A stretch of DNA of 63,704 nt, the filler included, from Choristocarpus tenellus KU-1152 (taxonomy: Eukaryota > Protista > Phaeophyceae), in assembly GCA_964200185.2 (NCBI GenBank). It is 10 parts of 10 records of this genome, joined end to end, with 100 filler letters (N's around TTAATTAATTAA, not from the genome) between each part and the next. Parts side by side here need not be neighbours in the genome. Positions count along the whole stretch, not along the records: positions 50,970 to 60,729 come from CAXNAD020003417.1; positions 60,830 to 63,704 come from CAXNAD020024006.1; 8 more parts are not named here. The stretch is one strand, 5' to 3'. Position numbers and translations under genes: made by a program. The notes below the pieces were generated by a model. It did no database searches and was not told where the DNA came from. It saw only the letters and a program-made list of their open reading frames with translations. Below are positions 52,439-63,704 of this stretch, piece by piece. Position 1 is the stretch's first letter; each line of letters starts with the position of its first letter.

Positions 52439-52697
52439 GAGTCAAAGTATCTTAGAGGGTAGGGCCGCGTCCATGTGGGGACCAAAATCCAATGTTGCGA
52501 TTTTGATGTAATTTTATCTATCTTATTTGATAGGAAGTGTCAATATCCTTGTTCCGGACACACCTTCTCATAACGTATACATTTTACCTACTCCGAAACA
52601 CTTTGGAGTAGAAAAATGTCATTGGAATCCCCATGGGATGCCAAGCCCCAAATGGACAAACAGGGCAAAACTCGTACCCTCTATGATACTTTCACTC
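52439..52697 (+). mobile_element. MITE family A copy
   Basis: Full TIRs; TSD TTT. Confidence 0.93.
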
Positions 52698-53540
52698 TTT
52701 GTTTTTTTCCTTCCCATCAACCGGTAGATCTAATCTCAGTGCCACTGCATTGTGGTCGAGTCAAGGACCTGTGATCGAGAAATCTTGATCTTAGCATTAA
52801 TTGTTTTTGTGTAATGCTCACCAACGTTTGTGTGACCCTGTTGTGTGACACTTTTTTACGAAGAACAGCGATTATTAACTATTCACTATACAATGTTCAT
52901 TTTACGTTTCAGGGTTTTATAGTGTAGTTAACTCTGGAGTAGAGTATTCCATCCAATTTTATTTTTCACTTAGTGCTCTTTCTACTCTCATTTTTTGTAT
53001 TTTCTTTGATGACGGGTTCTAGAATATCCTATGTTGTTGCTTGTTTTCTTCACAGCAAGTTCTGCCAAGTGTTTTGAGGATCATTGCATCAAATGTTGAA
53101 CCCAACTGTGCAAACCAATAATTCCGAAGTCTATTTCTATTGCCATCTAACCCCAACCCTAACGTAAGTTTGCTAATCAATCAATCTTTTGTCTACCAGT
53201 ATCCCCAACTAACCCTAACCCTCTACAGTTGTAAAATGTAACCATGATATTGTCAGTAAAAAGTGACTATGATGAAGAAGGCTCTCTCTAACACAAACCT
53301 TAATCCTTACCCTTTGTTTGTTTGTTAACAATATATATATTAAATGGTGTGCTCCACCGATGATCCTCTGGGAGCAGTTGTTCTCCTTGAGATATGCATA
53401 TTAAAGAGCAAGGCTAGAGAGGTGATAATATATATACACATACATGGTATTTATACTCTTTCAATAGCACTACTAATCTGGACAGAGAGGGGGTTAGGGT
53501 TATGAAGAGTGAGGCAGTTCTTATACTTGCTTCAATATTG

Positions 53541-53565
53541 GGGTTAGGGTTAGGGTTAGGGTTAG
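53541..53565 (+). repeat. Interstitial (TTAGGG)n telomere-like repeat
   Basis: GGGTTAGGGTTAGGGTTAGGGTTAG; shorter copies near 42821, 49378, 51785, 52047 and 53148-53220. Confidence 0.8.
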
Positions 53566-54262
53566 TTGAGTATATCTCATATATTTGTATTTCTATGTAG
53601 AAGAGGAACTATGATATTGATGTCTTCCTGGGATTTTTCTACTTTTTTTCCAAATTTCAGATTTTTATATGCTTCTAAGAATTTTATGTTAGCTGTACTT
53701 TATGGTGTGGATCAGAACAGTTGTTGTATTGCATGCTGCGTAGACTTGTCTTCTGTCTTCTGTCCTCTGTTTTCTGTATACTGGTGAACACTCCATCGAT
53801 TGCAGTGGGGGGAAGAGGGAATGGGGGGTATTGCAGAAAAGGGGGAGTGTCAAGTGTGGTTTGAGGCAAACATTGTCCGTTACCGCACAAGTGGATCTTC
53901 AAGGTGTGTGTCATGCGCTTCAATCTACAGACACTAGGTACACGAGCAAGGAGGGGCTTGACAGGTTCTTGGGATGCTTATCTAACTCCTAACCCACCTT
54001 CATACGATAAAGGTTAGTAGCATGGCAGTGGACGCATTTTAGTGAACACCCTTAATATATATATATATATATTGTTGTATTGTTAGTTTCCCATAGTGTA
54101 CATATATTTTATCGAGGTATCTTAGCATTGACTACTACTGTTGTATTGACAGTAGCAGTGCTTGAAATTGTAACTTTGGTTTTGGTTTTTCCCTTGGTGC
54201 ACCTCGCAACGTGAGGGGATGTAAAATAATACAATAATAATATGTTGTTACACCTCTTATCA

Positions 54263-54643
54263 GGGCCAAACCAACTGAGAGGTAGGCAGGGTTATATATT
54301 GAAGATCCCAAGAATGTGCACAAATATGCCATTTTATAAAATTGGGGGAAGAGCCTTTGCTGAATTATGGTATCCTTTGTGTGTAGAAAGGAGGAGTATC
54401 ATATTTGCGTACACTGTTGGCACGTCCAGTAATAATAATGCAAAAGAGTGTATTGCGCAGGGTAAGAAGTATGACTTAGATTGCAAAAGGGTTCAAACCT
54501 GCCTACCTCCCCATTGAACAGCATATCATCAATACAAAAAAAAAACATATCGACACTTTCTCCCAGTCAATTTTGGGTCAAGCCCATCCTCAATGAAAAG
54601 CTCCATCCTCAATTTTTGAAATCTGCTGTTATTGGTTTGATTC
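54263..54643 (+). mobile_element. MITE family F copy, right TIR interrupted by family E
   Basis: GGGCCAAACCAACTGAGAGGTAGGCAG ... CTGCCTACCTCCCCATTG[E]GTTTGATTC; homologous to 61187-61448. Confidence 0.85.
54517..54630 (-). mobile_element. Family E nested in the F TIR
   Basis: AACAGCA...TGCTGTT termini; 4-bp TSD ATTG. Confidence 0.88.
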
Positions 54644-55549
54644 AACAATTAGAACTTGTTTTGAGGGTACTTAGTTAACAGTATATGATAACACCTATGA
54701 TCACCTCCTACGAAAAAAAAGAAGGAAAACAAGAAAGAAGATGCAATAAGAGTTGTAGGATATAAATACTTCCAAGTGTTCATCACACACATGAAAGAGG
54801 AATGCCATCACAAAACAACTTCGATGACATTCCTCTTTCCCTCTGTGCGATACAGTGTACTTCTTATATATTATATTATAGTATCTGTCTGCACCTTGTA
54901 CCATTGTTTCGTTACGTGGAGGGAAGATATGTATGTACATATAACCGTCGAAACGGTCCGTGTTGATAACTTCCTACTTTTTTGTTATGTTGGAAGTCAA
55001 AATACTCGAATAGAAGAAGGGTCTTTATTTGCCATCTACAACCTACAACAAACCCCTACAACAATAATAGTAGTAGGCAGTCAACAAAGTGAAAGAAAGT
55101 TGAAAGTTTTGTTGTTATTTGATGCTTGATGTGGCGCCAACCACACATCAGGTTCCCCACTGTATTGCAATTTTTATTGGGTGTGTGCTAGAAATAAACA
55201 CCCTCGTCATTCCGACTAATAATTGATGCATGCACATCCATCCCTTCCTGTGTCAGGTTTGTCCTAACTTCAGACCCATTTTAGGTGGAGAGACAGGTAT
55301 CGAGATACAAGATATGCATTACTCATCACTCTATTTCGAGGTCATGACACCTCGATCAACTTGACTAAATTTCAAGCGCAGTGGCATTCTTGGATACCTC
55401 GATAAGAAAAAATGCACCATCTCCCTTTTTTGTATTTGAACCACGGACGAGAGCTAGATTTCGGAGTGATACAAAATGTGATGTAACGAAACAATCCCCT
55501 CAAAAGGCTGCACCGATCGCCTGAGGATTGCCTACTATTGGTGGTGAAG

Positions 55550-58500
55550 ATGTCAGAAAAGAACCAGAGTAGTGGCAAACACACACACGAGCCAAATGAG
55601 AAGGTGGGAGGAGAGAAGGACACTCCACAACGCCGTGATATTTCGAATGGGAACAAGTCTGAACGAGGAGACTACCTTAATGTCGAGGAAAACGGGAAAT
55701 CGGGAGAGGAATGTTTCCATAAAGAGAGGGGTTGTGTGGATGTTCAGGAGGACCACAACGGGAAAAGCTGTGCTACTCTCGCGAAACAGGCAAGGTATGA
55801 ACACAAACGGCGCTCTCATGACGGTTGTAATATACATGGAAAGAACAAACAATGACGGAGGTGCTTGATTATGACAGCAGTTGCAAATCTACATCTCGTC
55901 TAGCATGCACTACAACATTTCTGAACCTTCGTATCGCCTTCCCTGCCCTAATAATATTTATCACACAGCGACTCATGCGCTCAATAATGAGCACACGATT
56001 GGTACTCCCTTCAAAGGATGTGGACAACAATATTCTGCAATCAGTATTAGAGTGCGACGTCGAGGGTCTATTGGAAGAATGTAAACGTAGGCGCCTCAAA
56101 GGAGAGGAGCTTGCTCTTGTAGCTGATTCAAGGCAAGTCCTTTATGCAAGGCAGCATTCGTGTCATGTGACAAGCAAATCCTTACAATGCGGTTGTATGG
56201 TTTTATAATTAATATTTTTTTTGCTTGCTCCATTTTATTTTCACTCCGCTAAAGCTTTACAAGTACAGATCTATGATATTCACTTTTTGCACCTCGCATC
56301 TACATGAAACGCTCATAACATGATGTCGTGAACACAACTACCTTTGTGACCTGTCATATTCTTTCAGGGGTCGAACAGTGATGCATGTCGCTGCAGGAAT
56401 GGGCAACGTCGTAATTTTACGTGCTGTAATGATGAGGTGGCGACATGAAAAAAAATGCTGGCTTCAAGGCCAGATGAAGGCCCTTGACCATCGCAGAGAT
56501 GAGTATATAGGGAGAAAAGTACAGCACTACACTGGAATAAGCATTCCAAATGATGCCTGCCTTGAGGTGGAGCGTTTTGGATCCTGGCTGATGGAAGAGA
56601 GGCAGAGATTGGTGGTGATAGCAGAGCTTAGCTGCGAGGAAAACTGGAGAAGGGCAGTAACTGCCAAGGACGATAAGGGGCAGACACCTTTGCACTGGGG
56701 ATCGGCGGGTGGGACTGTTTCACTACACTCCATTTTTTTTCACTGTTAATTATGAATTTTTGTATTGGACGTTCTGTGCAGTTTGATTTTGTGTGGATAA
56801 TGCAACATATATGGAGGTGATGTCCCTCACCCACCATGCAAATCAATGTACATATTTAGTTGAAATCAATGCACAAAATGAGTATTCCTTCCAATTATGC
56901 ATTTCTGAGTATTATGGACTCGCTTATACTCCATACATTTAGAGCTCTAGCAAGAAGTTTATTCTCTACCCTACCTTGCCTTCTTTCATAGCCAGAAACA
57001 CACACCTCGCATTGCCCCTTCGCCTACTTTAGGTTACCAAAAGATTCTAACCACAACTCAAGAACCTCTGCACTCAAGAGCTTTCTATTCCCACTTTCCA
57101 TTTCTACCATTAGGTTAGAGCCGACACACCATCCATAGGCTGAGCAAAATATGTGTATCCTATCAGAGAAAGTAATAGCTGCCCAAGAGTGAAAGTATCT
57201 TAGAGGGTACGAGTTTTGTCGTGTTTGTCCATTTAAGGCTTGGCTTCCCATGGGTTTTTTATTTGACATTTACCAACTGCAAACTGTTTCGGAGTAGATA
57301 AAATGTGTACGTTATGAAAACGTGTGACTGGAACATGGATATTGACGCTTCCTAACAAACACAGTAGACAAGATTACATCCAAATCGCAACATTGGATTT
57401 TGGCCCCCAAATGGACGTGGCCCTACCCTCTAATATACTTTGGCTCCCAAACAAGGAAAACCACCAATAAATAAGTCTCACTGGGCAATAGAAAGAGGAG
57501 TGTGAACATGGGAATGGTGACCCCACCCATCACCTGAAAATTCACAGGATCAACTTACAACTTTCCTTGCTTACCTGCCCCCTTCCTCCTCATACCACCC
57601 ACCAGCCCCTCCTACCTTCCCTTCCTGTCCATTCTTGCATGAAAGCATGCTCTCCACACTCTGGTGACGTGATCACTACCCTTTTGACGTCAGGGAGAGC
57701 AAACCCTGCTGCTTTCAACTCTAGGCAGAGTTCAGACCAAAGGATCATTAATTTGCTTGTGCGCGACGTTCAGCTAAATGCATCTAGGAACTTCATTGCA
57801 CATGCCTCAGACAACCGTGTCGAAGGGAAAGAAACCATAGAGAGCTGGGAAAGCCAAAAACGCGGAGATCACAGCTCCGCACGCAGAGGTCTAAGAGGAG
57901 CGCCGCTTCACTGTGGTATGAGTACTCTGAGGCAAGAAGACATACGTATGGGGCGATTTTTGAGACCATCAGCAAAAAATGGAGAGGACCAGGACAGCAG
58001 AAGAAAGAGGGAAGGCAATTGTGCTGTGCAGACGGAAATCACACCGAAGTTGACACAGTTTTGCAAAACTGTGGCTATGGCTGTGGTGAGACTGTTTGGT
58101 GGAAGGAGAGGGACTCCTCAAGCGTTTCTTCTCAGTGTGTTTGAGGACTATGACAGGTAATCAATCCCTCTGAGCACTATTGTATGGGTGATTAAGTTGT
58201 CATCTTCGAGGTCGTAGTTTTGGTAAGCATTAAGATGACAACTCGATTTTTCCCATATATTCCCTCACTTTTCATGCTGTTAAAGCACCTGGTCTTGATC
58301 ATCAATAGAGTGCTACCTGGCCTGTGGTACGAGTGTCAAATCCTTAGCAGAAGGCATCGCATCAGACTTCTATATCTTTGTCACGCTCAATAGAATTGAA
58401 AGCTGATTAAGTTACATACACCAAGCTCTATCCATTTCCAAGGTACTGGGTGGCACTTGTATGAAGAGGAGCTGTGCTTGAGAGGTGTCTGATTGCAATG

Positions 58501-60050
58501 AGGAGGGGAAAACAGCTTGTTTTATTGTATCTCCCACATCATCATGTTTTCCTCCCTATCGAAGACCAGTCTAGTTTCAAAGCTTACAATGTGTGTACAC
58601 CTCCATTCTCAATTACTTGCCTGATCCTATCAATACCAGAATGGGGGATGGCACAGTGTCAGTCGAGAATTTCAGAGAGGTCCTACGAGACTTGAATATA
58701 ACTGTCAAGGAGGAAATACTTTGGATGGTCTGTTGGCATTTCCATGCAGATAGAGTGAAAAATAGCTCCCATCTGCACTGTCATGATGATAGTGGCCAGA
58801 GACAAATAGTTCCTAATGATGGAAGGCATGATGGTGGTAACCGAGGCATGCATGAAGATAGAGTGTCCTACACTCTTCTCATGGATGCCCTAGCTAGACA
58901 GTTTGACACCAACCATTACCAGGGTGCTCAAGAGGGACTCAGGGATGACTCTACAGGTGATTCAGTTCTGGAGGAGGAGGGAAAATGTACCTTCTGTGAG
59001 GGAAATACTGAGAGTGGCTGGAAGGGTAACATGTTCGAGAGGCCTGGCGAATGTCAAGGGGGAAAGAGTTGTCAACCTGATTGTAGCAGAATGACACCTG
59101 ATGGGATGAAGATGGGGCAACAGCAGATCGACAAGGGAACCAGCAGTAAGGATAAGAGCGATGCATATGACAATGAGGACAAACATGAGTATGAGGGCAG
59201 AAAACCAAATAAACACAGCAACAGCAGCTACCTAAATCAAATTTTGGAAGGAAGGGTGGCCGTCCTTAATGCCAAGGACTCCCTTGGCCGTACCCCTCTG
59301 TTTCTAGCATCTGCCACAGGTTCTATCTCTGCTGCAAGGGTCCTGATACAGTACGGGGCCACCCAGGAGCTTGTAGAAGGGACCACCCTGAGCGCTCTCT
59401 CTGTTGCTTCAACCAACTTGATGCGAAGGATTCTTGGGGATGACATCAGGTGTTCCATTGCCAACATGCTGAGGGAGACAAGGCACAGTAGAGATTGCAG
59501 CAGCACTGGAGTTGTTGGACCATGGTGTAGGGAGGGGAAAGAAGATGAGTTGATGGAGGAGGATCACAAGCTGGAATCATGGGTCAGGATGCTTGCCCAG
59601 GAAGAGGAACGCATGCTGCTTGGAAGACAACGTGGGAAAGCCGCCCTTTCTGACATGAGGACTAGCCTCCATGTGGCGGCAGAGGCTGGTCTACCCCGCA
59701 CTGTGGAGGAACTACTTGTTGGAGAGAGGTCTAATGCAAAGAACTCAACACATTTCAACAAAGAGTTAAGCTCCACTGTGGTTGTTACTGGTGGGGGGGA
59801 AAGAGAGGCAAGAAGAAGTGTTATTCCACCTGCAGCCACAACCAATGGGGTGGGAAGACTTCCAGGAACCTTCCAACAGGATGCCAATGGGTGGACCCCT
59901 CTCCATGTTTGCTGTGGGGGTGGGACGTGGGGCCATTATCACTGTGCACTAGCTTTCCTGGATGGTGGAGCTGATCCTAATGCTAGAACCAACACTGGAA
60001 GGACAACATTACATGTGGCAGTATCCCCAAAAGGTGGCGGTGGAACAAGG
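55550..60050 (+). CDS. Ankyrin-repeat protein with an EF-hand-like loop; exons 55550-55789, 55969-56132, 56368-56708, 57646-58156, 58640-60050; 3' end not seen
   Basis: DSRGRTVMHVAA, KDDKGQTPLHW, KDSLGRTPLFLA, RTSLHVAAEAG, QDANGWTPLHV, GADPNARTNTGRTTLHVA; DYDRMGDGTVSVENF; junction phases consistent using two GC donors. Confidence 0.88.
57187..57446 (-). mobile_element. MITE family A in ankyrin gene intron
   Basis: Both TIRs; 4-bp TSD CCAA. Confidence 0.92.
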
Positions 60051-60069
60051 GTAAGGAGGATTAGAGAGT

Positions 60070-60328
60070 GAGTCAAAACGTTTAAGAGGGTAGGAGTTTT
60101 GTCCTGTTTGTCCGTTTGGGGCTTGGCTTCCCACGGGTTTATTATGCCCTTTTTCGGTTTGCTGTTTGAAAATAGTTACCTAAGTTGTAAACAACTATGA
60201 AAGGTGTGTCCAGAGCAAGGATATTGAAACTTGTTAACAAACACAATAGGTAAAATTACATCAAAATCACAACATTGGATTTATGACCCTGAACGGACGT
60301 GGTCCTACTCTCTTAAATGCATTGGGTC
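60070..60328 (-). mobile_element. MITE family A2 copy
   Basis: Both TIRs; 3-bp TSD AGT. Confidence 0.9.
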
Positions 60329-60552
60329 AGTATGTGTGGCAAAGAATCTGGAGGGTATGCTTCAAGGGCACGATTTTGTTGTGGTAGATCCATTACTGCT
60401 ATATTTGGGTCTATCCCATGTCGTCAAATTATATGAAAAGCAGCATATTGACCAATGGAATGACCCGCATGCCACTCTGAACCGTTGCAATGTGTTTGTT
60501 TTCCATGCAGCAGTGCAAGCTGAATCATTAACAATATATTTTATCCTTTAAT

Positions 60553-60729
60553 GACCCAAAGTGTCTTGGGGGGGGGGGTGTCTATACCAGAGTGTCCATT
60601 TGACCCCAAATCAGGAAAAGTGCATTTACATTATCCATCCGACTTATGCTACCAAATCACCCAAAAATCGTGACATGAAAACATTGACCCCAAATGGACA
60701 GCCGCCACCCCCCCCCCCAGGTACTTTGG
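60553..60729. mobile_element. MITE family B, nearly complete, ends at gap
   Basis: GACCCAAAGTGTCTTGGGG ... CCCCAGGTACTTTGG. Confidence 0.9.
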
Positions 60730-60889
60730 NNNNNNNNNNNNNNNNNNNNNNNNNNNNNNNNNNNNNNNNNNNNTTAATTAATTAANNNNNNNNNNNNNNN
60801 NNNNNNNNNNNNNNNNNNNNNNNNNNNNNCTCGTCAACGATGATGGTTTTGTTTGGTTGGGGGGGGGCGGCGGAGAGGGGTGGGGGGGT

Positions 60890-61043
60890 TGGGGGGGGGG
60901 GGGGGGGGGGGGGGGTCTACACCAGGGTGTCCATTTACATTATCCATCCGATGTATGCAACCAAATCACCCAAAACTCTCGACATGAAAAAATTGACCCC
61001 TAATGGACAGTCGCTACCCCCCACCCCCCAGATACTTTGAACC
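60890..61043. mobile_element. MITE family B partial
   Basis: Poly-G, GGTCTACACCAGGGTGTCC ... CCCCAGATACTTTGAACC. Confidence 0.85.
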
Positions 61044-61186
61044 ACCAAGGAGGGGCACCTGTGTGTGTGTTTGCAGAGTGTATACTTCTCCTCCAGTAGT
61101 AGTAGAAGAGGACGCTAACTCTTCTTGATCTAGCTCTTTATGCTCCTGCTCTTCTTACTACCTTGTCAAGGAATCCTACCAATCCT

Positions 61187-61448
61187 GAGCCAAACCTATT
61201 GAGAGGTAGACAAATTTGGACCATTTTGTATTCTAAGTCATCTTTCTTACCCTGTGCAATAAACTCTCTTTCATGGCTTAATTTGCACAATAGTGTACGC
61301 AAAATCGATAGTCCCCCTTTCCACATACGAAGTGACACCACAATTAAGCAAATAAATGCTCTTTCACCAAGTGTAAAAATGGCATCTTCTTTCCCTTTCT
61401 TGAGGTCTTTAAAATGTAACCCTGCCTACCTCTCTATTGGTTTGACTC
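61187..61448 (-). mobile_element. MITE family F copy
   Basis: TIRs GAGCCAAACCTATTGAGAGGTAG / CTACCTCTCTATTGGTTTGACTC; perfect 4-bp TSD TCCT. Confidence 0.92.
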
Positions 61449-63704
61449 TCCTATGACAAACAAAAACGAGCACCTCTCTCTAATCACGAACGTGACTGTA
61501 TCCATACGAGTCTGCATTTATTTGCCTGTTGTAGTAGCCTCTTCTACTGCAATGCCTCCATCCACACACCCATCACTGGTGGTGGTGGTGATGTGGTACT
61601 ACCTTGATTATATAGGTTGGGTTGAGGGCCGATGATTGCCAACAGCAACAAAATTACTTGACTAAAGTATGTCGCCACTTCTGTATTAGAAGTATTGTAG
61701 TATGGTACAAAAGTTTCGAAAAATGTGGACAGTGAGCAACATGAAGGAAGGGATGCCCTCAGTATATATACCACCATTCAATTTACATGAAGAGGGTGCA
61801 AGAGCTTTGTTCGTCAGAGCTGGAGTTCATGCTCTCTGCTACTTGGCTACATCTAACTTCACATCTCATCTGTTAGGGTTTGCAATAATATGGACACATT
61901 CGTATCTCCTTGTGGGTGGGTTGACCAAGTAACCATTTTGTACGACAATAAATAAATGGTTCAATAGGTGGGTTGTGTTTCTCGTAAACATTTGATCAAT
62001 TGCAGCAACTAAATCGAGTTAAATACAGAGGTCATATTGTACACCTGTTGTCTGACACATTTAGGCAGGGTATACACATCGCTACTGGTAGGCGTGTTCG
62101 TGAAAAAAAAAAGAAGGGAACATCAGTGTGGTAACTCACTACTGAGCGTCCTAGATAACTCATTCTTGAGCAATACTAGTTGAAGGCATCATTCTTGGGA
62201 CGGACAGCCTGGAAAGAGGATTCCTCCTCCCATTTTCAACAGGCAATGATAATGTAGCCGATATGAAGAGCAAGTACCACCAGCAGGTTGTATGCACCAT
62301 TAGGAAGCATTGGCGTTACTATGATGTGATATTCGCATCACGAGTAAAGGATTATCATCTACAATACACAACACAAAACACTGAGCACGCTAAGGACAAC
62401 ACACACACCTCTGATTTCTATATTATGTAATGAGATAAAAAATCCAAGTACAAAGGTTTCTGTCCTACAGTCCACTGCTGTGATAAGAACACCCACAAAC
62501 TCTGTAAATACAAGCAACTTTGAATTAGGTGTTCATTGTACAAGACAGTATAGTGCTAACACTGACCCAGGATCATTATTTCCCAATGCACCTAACTTCA
62601 GCTCACTCATACTGAACCATCTATCAGTCAGGCACATTGCAGATATCCTTTTCTACTACCAACATGTGTTGACTCCTCAATCCCTCTCCACTAGTACAGC
62701 ACCTGCACTCAGACTCATTGCCATGAGTGCTTGGTGCATAACCCATGACAAAAGAGACAGTTCATATCGCACTGAACTAAACAAAAAAACAAAATTCAAG
62801 TCAGTTTACACTGCAGTGTTCAAAAATGGCCCAACCCTGCACAGCCATGGTTTAAGCCTATGCCCCCGGGAGGTCCACTTATACATCAAAAATACACCAT
62901 CCAAGGAGAGATAAGACCTCAGCACAAGAGATACTAACACCCAAACCAAGAGCTACATCACCATCTCCATCACTCTCCAGTTTCAACAACACCAGAGACA
63001 AGAGCACAGAGGATGACCAATGCTACGCTGTTCAGCATGAAAAAAAATCCAACCAATAAAAAAACATGCAGGAAAAGGCATTACAAAAAGTTAAATCTTC
63101 CCACACCATATCAGAACAAAAAAACTAAGCATATGAGTAGGGGAAGGGTGCGTATTAACCATCTCAAACACACACACACACACACAACAGCAGCAGCAGC
63201 AGCAGCATAATTGCCACCCCCACTTCAACGCCCAGTCAAAGAGAGGCTTCTGGTGGCCAACATCAGTTTGCTCTTATCGGCCGGAGATTTGTCCCCAACC
63301 CTCCCTCTCCTACGCCTGCCTCAGCCTTCACCTCTATTACATACACTAAACCTACCCCATAACCCATAGTCCACCAGGTGCAACAGGACCAGGCTACTGG
63401 TGCATCAAGATATCAACAGAAATGTATCAGCTCGTCACTTCCACCCCTTCATCATTACTTGTCTCCTTGCTAGTGCACAGGATCTGGTGTGCTGTCTCTT
63501 TCTGCTGGGCTGTGGCGAACAAGCTCCGGGAGGTTTTCACAATTATACCCGAGGCGATTTAGATGCAAGTAGCTTTTAGAGCAACAACAAATTCGAAGGT
63601 TCAGTTCCCAGGGGGCACAAAATGGGGGGGGGGGGGGGGGGGGGGGGGGGGTGAGGAGGAAAGAAGGGGGGGTGGGGGAGGGAGGGGGGGGGGGGGTTAA
63701 GGGG

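Noticed and set aside
255-60328. Recurrent ORFs such as MAKITSKSQHWIL / ILPTPKHFG as a gene family
   Set aside because: They are translations of the non-coding MITE A with inconsistent frames and stops.
62240-63570. Possible isolated exons (YHQQVVCTIRKHWRYY; DLVCCLFLLGCGE)
   Set aside because: Splice-like ends but no recognisable family or consistent gene model.

Overview
Eukaryotic, intron-containing, transposon-rich nuclear DNA. TE types, intron style and TTAGGG motifs suggest a stramenopile or brown-alga-like genome (inference). The window is ten short contigs joined by an artificial 100-bp linker (N44-TTAATTAATTAA-N44), so adjacency across gaps is not reliable. Host gene fragments: an RI-like LRR gene, an NC2beta/Dr1-like histone-fold gene, a TOG/HEAT-domain gene 3' end, a DWDDT HAD-like gene and an ankyrin/EF-hand gene. 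Mobile DNA: one complete and one truncated plant-type mariner with DD40D spacing, an internally deleted chromodomain Ty3/Gypsy element with both LTRs and a 5-bp TSD, and nearly 30 copies of short TIR elements (MITEs). Most MITEs have G-x-x-x-CAAA termini and mixed 3-bp/4-bp TSDs. The most interesting locus is contig 25290-32093: a decayed, spliced Sola2-like transposase C-terminus (minus strand) lies head-to-head with a spliced ParB/DGQHR-like (NGQHR) gene (plus strand). This is a candidate two-gene, cargo-carrying DNA transposon that may be related to the MITE burst. All family assignments come from motif recognition by eye; no searches were run.
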